A stretch of 64,000 bases of DNA from Escherichia phage vB_EcoM_SA21RB, in the sequence record OL960580; one strand, written 5' to 3'. The notes under the pieces were generated by a model. That model made no database searches. It was not told where the DNA came from and saw only the letters and a list, made by a program, of their open reading frames with translations. The position numbers and the translations under genes were made by a program. Positions 37,935 to 47,138 of the stretch are shown one piece after another; position 1 is the first letter of the stretch, and each line of letters opens with the position of its first letter.

Positions 37935-38009
37935 TGGCGGACGTGATAGGATTCGAACCTATAACCAATCGCTTAACAGGCGATCGCTCTGCCATTGAGC
38001 TACACATCC
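37935..38009 (-). tRNA. tRNA-Asn (anticodon GUU)
   Basis: hand-folded; acceptor GGATGTG/CACGTCC, anticodon loop CTGTTAA, T-loop TTCGAAT, encoded CCA. Confidence 0.85.
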
Positions 38010-38013
38010 AAAT

Positions 38014-38100
38014 TGGTGGGGAGTGATGGAGTCGAACCACCCGAGTCGCAATGACAATGGATTTACAGTCCACACCGCTACCTCTACGGGATAACTCCCC
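38014..38100 (-). tRNA. tRNA-Tyr (anticodon GUA)
   Basis: hand-folded; perfect acceptor GGGGAGT/ACTCCCC, anticodon loop CTGTAAA, long variable arm as in bacterial tRNA-Tyr, encoded CCA. Confidence 0.75.
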
Positions 38101-38113
38101 TTAATTCTTAATT

Positions 38114-38188
38114 TGGTGGCCCTGGGTGGAATTGAACCACCATCTGGCGATTATGAGTCGCTTGCTTGAACCTTCCAGCTACAGGGCC
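38114..38188 (-). tRNA. tRNA with CAU anticodon (Ile-lysidine type or Met)
   Basis: hand-folded; acceptor GGCCCTG/CAGGGCC, anticodon loop CTCATAA; lies after tRNA-Thr, where T4 has tRNA-Ile. Confidence 0.8.
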
Positions 38189-38189
38189 T

Positions 38190-38264
38190 TGGTGCTGATT
38201 GACGGAATCGAACCGCCGACCTTCTCATTACAAGTGAGTTGCTCTACCTACTGAGCTAAATCAG
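38190..38264 (-). tRNA. tRNA-Thr (anticodon UGU)
   Basis: hand-folded; perfect acceptor GCTGATT/AATCAGC, anticodon loop CTTGTAA, encoded CCA. Confidence 0.88.
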
Positions 38265-38270
38265 CAAAAC

Positions 38271-38360
38271 TGGCGGAGGCGATAGGATTTGAACCTATGA
38301 GTCGCCGGAGCGACTGCCGGTTTTCAAGACCGGTGCATTAAACCACTCTGCCACGCCTCC
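38271..38360 (-). tRNA. tRNA-Ser (anticodon UGA)
   Basis: hand-folded type II tRNA; acceptor GGAGGCG/CGCCTCC, anticodon loop CTTGAAA, long variable arm, encoded CCA. Confidence 0.85.
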
Positions 38361-38362
38361 AG

Positions 38363-38436
38363 TCTCCATACAAGGATTTGAACCTTGGACCTCCTGATCC
38401 CAAATCAGGCGCTCTACCAAACTGAGCTACACGGAG
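38363..38436 (-). tRNA. tRNA-Pro (anticodon UGG)
   Basis: hand-folded; anticodon loop TTTGGGA, T-arm CAAGG-TTCAAAT-CCTTG; CCA not encoded. Confidence 0.75.
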
Positions 38437-38446
38437 TAAATTAAAT

Positions 38447-38520
<74 letters not shown>

Positions 38521-38525
38521 AAATT

Positions 38526-38612
38526 TGGTGCGAGAAGTGGGACTCGAACCCACAAGGAAATCATTCCGCAGCATTTTAAGTGCTGTGCCTTTACCAATTT
38601 GACCATTCTCGC
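38526..38612 (-). tRNA. tRNA-Leu (anticodon UAA)
   Basis: hand-folded type II tRNA; acceptor GCGAGAA/TTCTCGC, anticodon loop CTTAAAA, long variable arm, encoded CCA. Confidence 0.85.
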
Positions 38613-38613
38613 G

Positions 38614-38686
38614 CTGGGAATAAAGGACTCGAACCTTTGCATCCTGGAATCAAAATCCAGTGCCTTACCAACTTGGCTAATTCCCA
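38614..38686 (-). tRNA. tRNA-Gln (anticodon UUG)
   Basis: hand-folded; perfect acceptor TGGGAAT/ATTCCCA, anticodon loop TTTTGAT; abuts tRNA-Leu (dimeric precursor as in T4); CCA not encoded. Confidence 0.85.
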
Positions 38687-38772
38687 ATTATTAACAAAGG
38701 CTCTCTAACAAGAACCCTTGATGATATAGGGTATTAATCAGTGCGGTATGAGTTAATAATAACAAATAATTC

Positions 38773-39288
38773 TTAAAGCAAATTAAACATCTTAACGGTC
38801 GGCAAAACAATTTCTTCTTCTATATAAGAGTATTTAACACTCTCAACTACACGCAAAAAATCATAATCATAATATTCAGAAGCACTGCCTAAAATATTAA
38901 TAAGTCCTTCAAGCACTTTATTACCATTCACAAAGAATAAGTCAAATACACGTTCTTCGTCTTCTTCGGATTTATTACCAAGGTCAACTTCTATATCAAA
39001 GACCTTTTTAATGAATTCTGGATAAAGCTGGTCTGAGAACAGTCCTTCAACCAAGTATTCATAGATAAAAAGCGATTGCTCGCTGAACAAACCATTACCG
39101 CAATAACGTTCAACTTTTGTGCTAGAATGTCTGCTTTTAAACTTCTTTAAAAGATATTGGAATTGTAAGATTTCATGCTCTTCTACGCCAAACAGTGTTT
39201 TAGTTTTATAGTTGTCACCATCATTTTCCCAGGTAGTGACATCAATTACGTAACCCTGCGGAATTGTAGTACCTAAACAAATATTCAT
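38773..39288 (-). CDS. hypothetical acidic protein
   Basis: 171-aa ORF upstream of the tRNA cluster. Confidence 0.5.
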   Translation of the reverse strand: MNICLGTTIPQGYVIDVTTWENDGDNYKTKTLFGVEEHEILQFQYLLKKFKSRHSSTKVERYCGNGLFSEQSLFIYEYLVEGLFSDQLYPEFIKKVFDIEVDLGNKSEEDEERVFDLFFVNGNKVLEGLINILGSASEYYDYDFLRVVESVKYSYIEEEIVLPTVKMFNLL

Positions 39289-39578
39289 TTGCTCACCATA
39301 TTAATGTAAGTATATTCAATACATTCAAGACCCAAAGGATTCTTGAAAATATCATATTCAAGAGGACCTTTTTCTGTTTCAATAAAGAAATCAAAATTTA
39401 CTGTGTTAAATTTACGGTCTTCCTTCACCAATTTAACTTGAGAAGATGAACGGTCAATGTAAACCTTTTCAACTTCAAAACATGTTAAAATGCCATAATC
39501 ATCAATCAAGGCTTTAGCCGCGTCTTGATCATATTTATATCCATTTTCAATTGACGATACTTTAGCATAAAGAATCAT
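39285..39578 (-). CDS. hypothetical protein
   Basis: 97-aa ORF, 4-nt overlap with neighbour. Confidence 0.45.
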   Translation of the reverse strand: MILYAKVSSIENGYKYDQDAAKALIDDYGILTCFEVEKVYIDRSSSQVKLVKEDRKFNTVNFDFFIETEKGPLEYDIFKNPLGLECIEYTYINMVSK

Positions 39579-39580
39579 TA

Positions 39581-40000
39581 TCAGCCTTCATCAACAATAG
39601 TATGAGTGTGGGCATTTACAATTTGCCACCAATCAAAGCGATTAGAACCATACATCGGTTTGTTTTCATTTTCTTTGATAATATCACGGAGTTCATCTTC
39701 GGTAGCGGCTTTCGCGATTAAATCAGCATATCCACCACGAGGATAATAATTATCACCTGCAAAAAGTAAAAAGTTCGGTTTAATATTATTGAACTCTTCA
39801 AGAGTAATAACTTTTCCTGTCGGTTGAACAATCTCTACATATTTATATCCTAATTTTTGAGCAGCATCTACTGCTTCAAGCAAAGTATCATGAGCCCATC
39901 CAATTTGACAACCTGGCTTTTCAGATGGATTAGCCTGATAATCCGCGTACACTTTATACATTCTATTCACCTTTAGAAATTTTATCCATAACGATAGCAA
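39581..40000 (-). CDS. hypothetical protein
   Basis: 139-aa ORF. Confidence 0.45.
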   Translation of the reverse strand: MLSLWIKFLKVNRMYKVYADYQANPSEKPGCQIGWAHDTLLEAVDAAQKLGYKYVEIVQPTGKVITLEEFNNIKPNFLLFAGDNYYPRGGYADLIAKAATEDELRDIIKENENKPMYGSNRFDWWQIVNAHTHTIVDEG

Positions 40001-40148
40001 TTAAACCAATTAAAAATGCTACTACAAGTGAAAAAACATTTTCTGCTGTAGTTAATAATCCGCATATAAATCCAACAAACATTGAAAAACTAAAAGCAGA
40101 AGCAGAAATTGCAATAGCAACATTTCGAATTAATTCACAACGTTTCAT
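39963..40148 (-). CDS. small membrane protein
   Basis: 61 aa with two hydrophobic segments; early promoter upstream. Confidence 0.45.
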   Translation of the reverse strand: MKRCELIRNVAIAISASAFSFSMFVGFICGLLTTAENVFSLVVAFLIGLIAIVMDKISKGE

Positions 40149-40172
40149 TTTATTCTCCTCAGTAGTTGATAG

Positions 40173-40208
40173 GGTAATAGTATCACAACTAAAACCCTAT
40201 GTAAACAA
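40173..40208 (-). promoter_or_regulatory. T4 early promoter
   Basis: minus strand GTTTAC ... GATACTATTAC. Confidence 0.55.
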
Positions 40209-40224
40209 CTTTGTGAAATATTTA

Positions 40225-40512
40225 TTACAAAAGATTTTTAGCAATAATCTTGAGATGTGCCGCAGAAATGTGTTTAGCTTTAAACAACGCAGTTTCTTCA
40301 GCAGGAGAGATAACGATTGTAGCACCATCCTTTTTAGCAGACCACCCATCGCCTAGGTAAACAGTACCTTTGATTTCTTCGCCATCAACCAGACTAATCA
40401 TTGGTTTACCTTCTCGTCCTTTATTTGCTTTAATAACTTCAGAAGTAAGAGTAGCTTCGGTAATAGTAGAAACCGGGGTAGTTGTAGAAGTAAATTCTTT
40501 GAAAGTTTTCAT
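40225..40512 (-). CDS. ipI: internal protein I (capsid-packaged, injected; inhibitor of a type IV restriction enzyme in T4)
   Basis: 95 aa; 19-aa targeting peptide MKTFKEFTSTTTPVSTITE followed by a 76-aa body, matching the remembered IPI precursor/mature sizes; directly upstream of 57B; early promoter upstream. Confidence 0.6.
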   Translation of the reverse strand: MKTFKEFTSTTTPVSTITEATLTSEVIKANKGREGKPMISLVDGEEIKGTVYLGDGWSAKKDGATIVISPAEETALFKAKHISAAHLKIIAKNLL

Positions 40513-40538
40513 TTTATTTTCCTAATTAATTTTGATGA

Positions 40539-40574
40539 GATAATAGTATCACTACCTCATCAACGTGTAAACAA
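40539..40574 (-). promoter_or_regulatory. T4 early promoter for ipI
   Basis: minus strand GTTTAC ... GATACTATTAT, 30-60 nt upstream of ipI. Confidence 0.6.
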
Positions 40575-40584
40575 CTTTGTGAAA

Positions 40585-41281
<697 letters not shown>

Positions 41282-41282
<1 letters not shown>

Positions 41283-41995
41283 TATAGTACCTTTAGTGTA
41301 TTTTTAATTTTAGAAAAAAGTTCTTCAAGAGAACCATCGTTTGTAATTACTAAATCGCCATCACGAATTGGCAATCCAGCTTCTGTAATATGAGTATCAT
41401 TGGATTTTTGACCAGGACGAACTACATGAATTACTGTAGCACCCATCGCCCTAGCCGCATCCATTTCATGATCTTGACGAGTATCAGGAACGATATAATA
41501 ATCATAACCTGAGTTAAATTTATCAAGATAATCTAAAGCAAATAATTTTACCCAATACATGCGGTCGAAGTTATTAACAATCAAATCCGTACCTAGGGCT
41601 TGCATCAGACGACGGACTGACCATTGATCTTCAATATTATTTATAACGTCAGCAATCTTGTTAAATGCTACGAAATTAACTGCGTCATCAAAAACAAACA
41701 CACCTTTAATTGGGCTTTTACTATTAAGATAACAAAATGCTTGTTCCATAATCGTAATTACTTCTAATTTAGTCAGATTTAAATTAGTCTCACGATCATA
41801 GTCAATTCCTTCAAACTCTTTACGAGTTAAGCAAGGATAGTCAGTGTTTGCTGCAAATACGCCCCATGCATAAGCCAATGCATCTTTAATAGGACCAGCA
41901 AGTTGATATTTAACTGCAGAATAATTATTCATGATAAAATCTGCAGTAGTATCTTTTCCACTACGCTTTACACCACTTAAAAAGATTAGTTTCAT
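41282..41995 (-). CDS. 1: deoxynucleoside monophosphate kinase gp1
   Basis: 237 aa; P-loop GVKRSGKDT at N-terminus; position 57A / 1 / 3. Confidence 0.88.
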
Positions 41996-42044
41996 ATGTT
42001 TCTCCTCAAATTTAGTTAAGATTATAACACATGAAACTGAAGCA

Positions 42045-42575
42045 TTAAACTTCTGCTATAATTTTGCCATCTTTTTCTACTTGAAAATACGTATAAGGAA
42101 TCGTTGCTGTACATACTAAAGCTGGGTCTGAATCTTCCGTGTAGCTAAATTCTACTTCAGACAGGTCAGAAACCCAGGGCTTATAAAAATTTATTGACAT
42201 CACGATTTCAGTTTTACTATTATCTAAAATGTAAAGCGTAATGTATTCGGGACCAGTTTTTTGGGCAGTATTTTCGCCTGTAAGATAGTTGCTAGTTCCT
42301 AGCATCCATTCATACATTCCTATCCACGACTTAAGCTCTTCATCAACTATAAATCTCACGATGAGTGGGTCGTACTCAAATGTAACTCCTGGACGCTGTG
42401 CTCGGCCTAGTCCAAACGGCCCAGTCACGGTATCAGTAACAGGTATCCTAATTCCTGGAATAGGAACTGACTGAGCATTTAAAGTAAAAGCAGATGTAGT
42501 ATTACTATGCGGTATTGATACTACAAAGTTAGTTGTATTTGCTTGGTTAAAAATTTGTTGCAGAGCTTGCGACAT
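42045..42575 (-). CDS. 3: tail completion / sheath stabiliser protein gp3
   Basis: 176 aa from internal Met MSQALQQ (T4 gp3 length); the track ORF extends 27 codons further. Confidence 0.8.
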   Translation of the reverse strand: MSQALQQIFNQANTTNFVVSIPHSNTTSAFTLNAQSVPIPGIRIPVTDTVTGPFGLGRAQRPGVTFEYDPLIVRFIVDEELKSWIGMYEWMLGTSNYLTGENTAQKTGPEYITLYILDNSKTEIVMSINFYKPWVSDLSEVEFSYTEDSDPALVCTATIPYTYFQVEKDGKIIAEV

Positions 42576-42681
42576 ATATTCCTCATAATGCTTTATAACT
42601 GTTGGTGGTATAATGGGTCTAAGTCCCTTCCATTCAATTCCAATTAGAACAAACAATAGAAAAGAATGGAAGATAATAGAA

Positions 42682-43506
42682 TTAGATATTTGACCAGACT
42701 TTGTTTGCAGAGAAACGTTTTCCTTTTGAAACGAACTGCTGAAGTGGCATTAACACAACGTTCGCCCAGTCTTTCGGGGCGATTTCAACAAGGCTACCCA
42801 TAATATTACCGGGTATATATGCCTTAATCATTTGGTCTGCACCCCTAAATCCTTTCACTTGACTCCAATCAATTTTTAATTTCGTTTTATTAGTAATAGT
42901 AGGTGTATTCGAATATTGCTTTAAAAGCTCTTCTAGAAATTGCTGACGAGCTTTAGGTGGAATATAGTGCAAGTTTAATCCGTACATTAAATTATGCTTA
43001 CCTAAACCAAGGTAAATTATCAAAGGAAATTTATCCCAGTAAGGAAGAGTTTCCTTGTGTTTAGCATCATAAGCAAAAGCATATATTCGTCCCGGCTGCG
43101 GGCGAACAACTTTATGTCCTTTTACTTGCTTAATAGTTTCAGCAAACCACTTTCTGGTTTTATTATTAATTGCTGCACCTTCATTACGAATTTTATCACG
43201 CAATGTTTGCCTGAATGAATTTATCATAAGCAGTTGTCTTTCTTGCTTATTAAGTTTATTCATTGGTTTTGATTCAAGCTTTTGAATCTTTTCAGCTGTT
43301 TTAATTCCTGAAGCATATTTTGACATTGCTGAAGTAAACGTAGAGTATTTGATTCCTCTTTCTTCAGCAAATTGCTTTCCTGTCATTCCTTTTGCTTTGG
43401 CCTTTCTGTATTCAAGACCTATCTGAATCCATTTCTTTTCGTTTAATGATTGCTTAACCTTTGGAACTTGGGGAGTGCTTTCATTAATTATTTGAAAAAT
43501 AGCCAT
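42682..43506 (-). CDS. 2: DNA end-protector protein gp2
   Basis: 274 aa, T4 gp2 length; basic protein; position 3 / 2 / 4. Confidence 0.85.
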   Translation of the reverse strand: MAIFQIINESTPQVPKVKQSLNEKKWIQIGLEYRKAKAKGMTGKQFAEERGIKYSTFTSAMSKYASGIKTAEKIQKLESKPMNKLNKQERQLLMINSFRQTLRDKIRNEGAAINNKTRKWFAETIKQVKGHKVVRPQPGRIYAFAYDAKHKETLPYWDKFPLIIYLGLGKHNLMYGLNLHYIPPKARQQFLEELLKQYSNTPTITNKTKLKIDWSQVKGFRGADQMIKAYIPGNIMGSLVEIAPKDWANVVLMPLQQFVSKGKRFSANKVWSNI

Positions 43507-43958
43507 TATGCCCCCTTAAAGCCAAGAGCTCGTAATCCATCTTCTGTTAGAATTCTAAATTTTATTCCACGCTTTTCAGCTAAAGCTTGCGCTGCTTTCC
43601 ATTTGTCAGTATTAACGGAATATGTATAAATTTCATTCATAAATCTTTTCTTCGCTGCAGTTGTTAGATGTGCTGGTTTAACTGGTGGTTGTGTTTCTTT
43701 TTTAGGTTTTATTTCAATAAAAAATTCTTGTCCAGAAGAATCTTTCATCCAAATATCCATGAAGTATCTACGTTTTTTCCCTTCTGCATTACAAAAATAA
43801 GGAATTACTGCTGTTTCACTACCCCATGCAATAATTTCTGGATTTTTATCTAACCATTCAAAAAAGAATTTTTCCCAATTTGATCTATACGTAATTTTTT
43901 TAGGGTCACCTCTATATTTTGATATATTTTTAGGAACCCATTTTCCAGAATATGCCAT
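43506..43958 (-). CDS. 4: head completion protein gp4
   Basis: 150 aa; 1-nt overlap with gp2 start (ATGG); late promoter upstream. Confidence 0.85.
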   Translation of the reverse strand: MAYSGKWVPKNISKYRGDPKKITYRSNWEKFFFEWLDKNPEIIAWGSETAVIPYFCNAEGKKRRYFMDIWMKDSSGQEFFIEIKPKKETQPPVKPAHLTTAAKKRFMNEIYTYSVNTDKWKAAQALAEKRGIKFRILTEDGLRALGFKGA

Positions 43959-43969
43959 TGGATTCTCCT

Positions 43970-43977
43970 TATAAATA
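43970..43977 (+). promoter_or_regulatory. T4-type late promoter (TATAAATA) for gene 53
   Basis: exact TATAAATA about 28 nt upstream of the gp53 ATG. Confidence 0.7.
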
Positions 43978-43984
43978 GATAATA

Positions 43985-43992
43985 TATTTATA
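43985..43992 (-). promoter_or_regulatory. T4-type late promoter (TATAAATA on minus strand) for gene 4
   Basis: plus-strand TATTTATA = minus-strand TATAAATA, about 27 nt upstream of the gp4 start; divergent from the gene 53 promoter. Confidence 0.65.
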
Positions 43993-44005
43993 AACAGGAG
44001 GGCCC

Positions 44006-44596
44006 ATGCTCTTTACATTTTTTGATCCGATTGAATATGCGGCCAAAACGGTGAATAAAAACGCGCCGACTATTCCTATGACAGATATTTTTAGAAACTA
44101 TAAAGACTATTTCAAACGTGCTCTTGCGGGATATCGCTTACGTACTTATTACATTAAAGGTTCACCACGCCCGGAAGAATTAGCAAATGCTATATATGGA
44201 AATCCGCAGTTGTATTGGGTTTTATTGATGTGTAATGATAATTATGATCCGTATTATGGATGGATTACTTCGCAAGAAGCTGCTTATCAAGCATCTATAC
44301 AAAAATACAAAAACGTAGGTGGAGACCAAATAGTATATCATGTGAATGAAAACGGTGAAAAATTTTATAATTTAATATCATACGATGATAATCCATATGT
44401 TTGGTATGACAAAGGCGATAAAGCTAGAAAATATCCTCAATATGAAGGAGCACTTGCTGCGGTCGATACGTATGAAGCTGCTGTTCTTGAAAATGAAAAA
44501 CTTCGTCAAATAAAAATAATAGCAAAATCAGACATCAATTCATTTATGAACGACCTTATACGTATAATGGAGAAATCTTATGGAAATGATAAGTAA
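44006..44596 (+). CDS. 53: baseplate wedge protein gp53
   Basis: 196 aa; TATAAATA late promoter and GGAGGG ribosome-binding site upstream. Confidence 0.88.
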   Translation: MLFTFFDPIEYAAKTVNKNAPTIPMTDIFRNYKDYFKRALAGYRLRTYYIKGSPRPEELANAIYGNPQLYWVLLMCNDNYDPYYGWITSQEAAYQASIQKYKNVGGDQIVYHVNENGEKFYNLISYDDNPYVWYDKGDKARKYPQYEGALAAVDTYEAAVLENEKLRQIKIIAKSDINSFMNDLIRIMEKSYGNDK

Positions 44597-46307
44597 TAAC
44601 CTTAATTGGTTTGTTGGTGTTGTTGAAGATAGAATGGACCCATTAAAATTAGGTCGTGTTCGTGTTCGTGTAGTTGGTCTGCATCCACCTCAAAGAGCAC
44701 AAGGCGACGTAATGGGTATTCCAACTGATAAATTACCATGGATGTCAGTTATTCAACCTATAACTTCTGCAGCAATGTCTGGAATTGGAGGCTCCGTTAC
44801 TGGTCCGGTAGAAGGAACTAGAGTTTATGGTCATTTTTTAGACAAATGGAAAACTAACGGAATTGTCCTTGGCACTTATGGTGGAATAGTTCGCGAAAAA
44901 CCGAATAGACTTGAAGGATTTTCTGACCCGACTGGACAGTATCCTAGACGTCTAGGAAATGATACTAACGTATTAAACCAAGGCGGAGAAGTAGGATATG
45001 ATTCGTCTTCTAATATTATCCAAGATAGCAATCTAGATACTGCGATAAATCCTGATGATAGACCGCTATCAGAGATTCCAACTGATGATAATCCAAATAT
45101 GTCAATGGCTGAAATGCTTCGCCGTGATGAAGGATTAAGACTAAAAGTTTATTGGGATACTGAAGGATATCCGACAATTGGCATTGGTCATCTTATCATG
45201 AAGCAGCCAGTTCGTGATATGACTCAAATTAATAAAGTTTTATCAAAACAAGTTGGTCGTGAAATTACCGGAAATCCAGGTTCTATTACAATGGAAGAAG
45301 CGGTAACTTTATTTGAACGTGATTTAGCTGATATGCAACGTGACATTAAATCACATTCTAAAGTTGGCCCAGTTTGGCAAGCAGTTAATCGTTCTCGTCA
45401 AATGGCATTAGAAAATATGGCATTTCAGATGGGTGTTGGCGGTGTAGCTAAATTTAACACAATGTTAACTGCTATGTTAGCCGGAGATTGGGAAAAAGCA
45501 TATAAAGCTGGTCGTGATTCACTGTGGTATCAACAAACAAAAGGCCGTGCATCCCGTGTTACCATGATTATTCTTACGGGAAATTTGGAATCATACGGTG
45601 TTGAAGTGAAAACCCCAGCTAGGTCTCTATCAGCAATGGCTGCTACTGTAGCAAAGTCTTCTGATCCAGCTGACCCTCCTATTCCGAATGATTCGAGAAT
45701 TTTATTTAAAGAACCTGTTTCTTCATATAAAGGTGAATATCCGTATGTTCACACAATGGAAACTGAAAGCGGTCATATTCAGGAATTTGATGATACCCCG
45801 GGACAAGAACGATACAGATTAGTTCATCCGACTGGAACATATGAGGAAGTATCACCGTCAGGAAGAAGAACAAGAAAAACTGTTGATAATTTGTATGATA
45901 TAACAAATGCTGATGGTAATTTTTTGGTAGCTGGCGATAAAAAGACTAACGTCGGTGGATCAGAAATTTATTACAACATGGATAATCGTCTTCACCAAAT
46001 AGATGGAAGCAATACAATATTTGTACGTGGCGATGAAACTAAGACGGTTGAAGGTAATGGAACTATCCTAGTCAAAGGTAATGTTACTATTGTAGTTGAA
46101 GGTAATGCTGACATTACAGTTAAAGGAGATGCTACCACTTTAGTTGAAGGAAATCAGACTAATACAGTAAATGGAAATCTTTCTTGGAAAGTTGCTGGGA
46201 CAGTTGATTGGGACGTTGGTGGTGATTGGACAGAAAAAATGGCATCTATGAGTTCTATTTCATCTGGTCAATACACAATTGATGGATCGAGGATTGACAT
46301 TGGCTAA
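44580..46307 (+). CDS. 5: baseplate hub/cell-puncturing protein gp5 with lysozyme domain
   Basis: 575 aa; OB-fold N-terminus, central lysozyme domain (MAEMLRRDEGLRLKVYWDTEGYPTIGIGHL), C-terminal beta-helix repeats (VEGN/VKGN). Confidence 0.95.
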   Translation: MEMISNNLNWFVGVVEDRMDPLKLGRVRVRVVGLHPPQRAQGDVMGIPTDKLPWMSVIQPITSAAMSGIGGSVTGPVEGTRVYGHFLDKWKTNGIVLGTYGGIVREKPNRLEGFSDPTGQYPRRLGNDTNVLNQGGEVGYDSSSNIIQDSNLDTAINPDDRPLSEIPTDDNPNMSMAEMLRRDEGLRLKVYWDTEGYPTIGIGHLIMKQPVRDMTQINKVLSKQVGREITGNPGSITMEEAVTLFERDLADMQRDIKSHSKVGPVWQAVNRSRQMALENMAFQMGVGGVAKFNTMLTAMLAGDWEKAYKAGRDSLWYQQTKGRASRVTMIILTGNLESYGVEVKTPARSLSAMAATVAKSSDPADPPIPNDSRILFKEPVSSYKGEYPYVHTMETESGHIQEFDDTPGQERYRLVHPTGTYEEVSPSGRRTRKTVDNLYDITNADGNFLVAGDKKTNVGGSEIYYNMDNRLHQIDGSNTIFVRGDETKTVEGNGTILVKGNVTIVVEGNADITVKGDATTLVEGNQTNTVNGNLSWKVAGTVDWDVGGDWTEKMASMSSISSGQYTIDGSRIDIG

Positions 46308-46836
46308 TATACTTCCAATGAGCGCTGATTTAGGAGAATCCATGGAAGGTTCTTCTATCGACGTCACCTTTACAGCTCAATTAGAAACAGGTGAAACGTT
46401 AGTATCTATAAATATAACTAGTTACGAAGAAACTCCTGGGGTTTTAGTAGAAGAAAATCGTTTATATGGAACGTATGAATCTGTATTTGGATTTGGAAAT
46501 GATGCGCTGAAATATCGTTTAGATAATGAATTTAAAACTGCTGCTTCATGGGAAGACCTTCCAACTGATTCTAATACTCAGTTATATTTATGGAAAGCTC
46601 CTCAAAACCTCCAGAAGACATTCACTTACGAAGTAACATTAATATATGACTACCAAGAACAAGGTGAATCTGGAGGTTCTGGCAGTAATTCTAGGTCATC
46701 TTCTGATACTACTGAACCGACGAATCCCCCAGCTCCAATAAGAAAAACTCTTGTTAAAAATTATACAAAAACTATAGTTGGAAATTGGAGTCGTTGGGCT
46801 AATAAATTGAGAAGCTACGTGTATGAGAGGCCATAA
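46279..46836 (+). CDS. baseplate-associated protein (5.1 position)
   Basis: 185-aa ORF overlapping gp5 end; glycine/serine-rich C-terminal region; true start may be internal. Confidence 0.6.
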
Positions 46837-47130
46837 ATGTCAGGATTAAGTTATGATAAGTGTGTTACTGCCGGCCATGAAGCATGGCCTCCAACAGTTG
46901 TGAATGCTACACAAAGTAAAGTATTCACTGGAGGAATTGCTGTTCTCGTAGCAGGTGATCCAATTACAGAACATACAGAAATTAAAAAGCCATATGAAAC
47001 ACATGGCGGAGTGACACAACCTAGAACTTCTAAGGTATATGTCACTGGAAAGAAAGCTGTTCAAATGGCTGATCCAATATCATGCGGTGATACTGTGGCT
47101 CAGGCATCATCTAAAGTATTCATTAAATAG
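46837..47130 (+). CDS. 5.4: PAAR-repeat spike tip protein gp5.4
   Basis: 97 aa; [19 protein letters not shown]... small beta-rich protein at the T4 gp5.4 position. Confidence 0.85.
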
Positions 47131-47138
47131 GATTTAAA

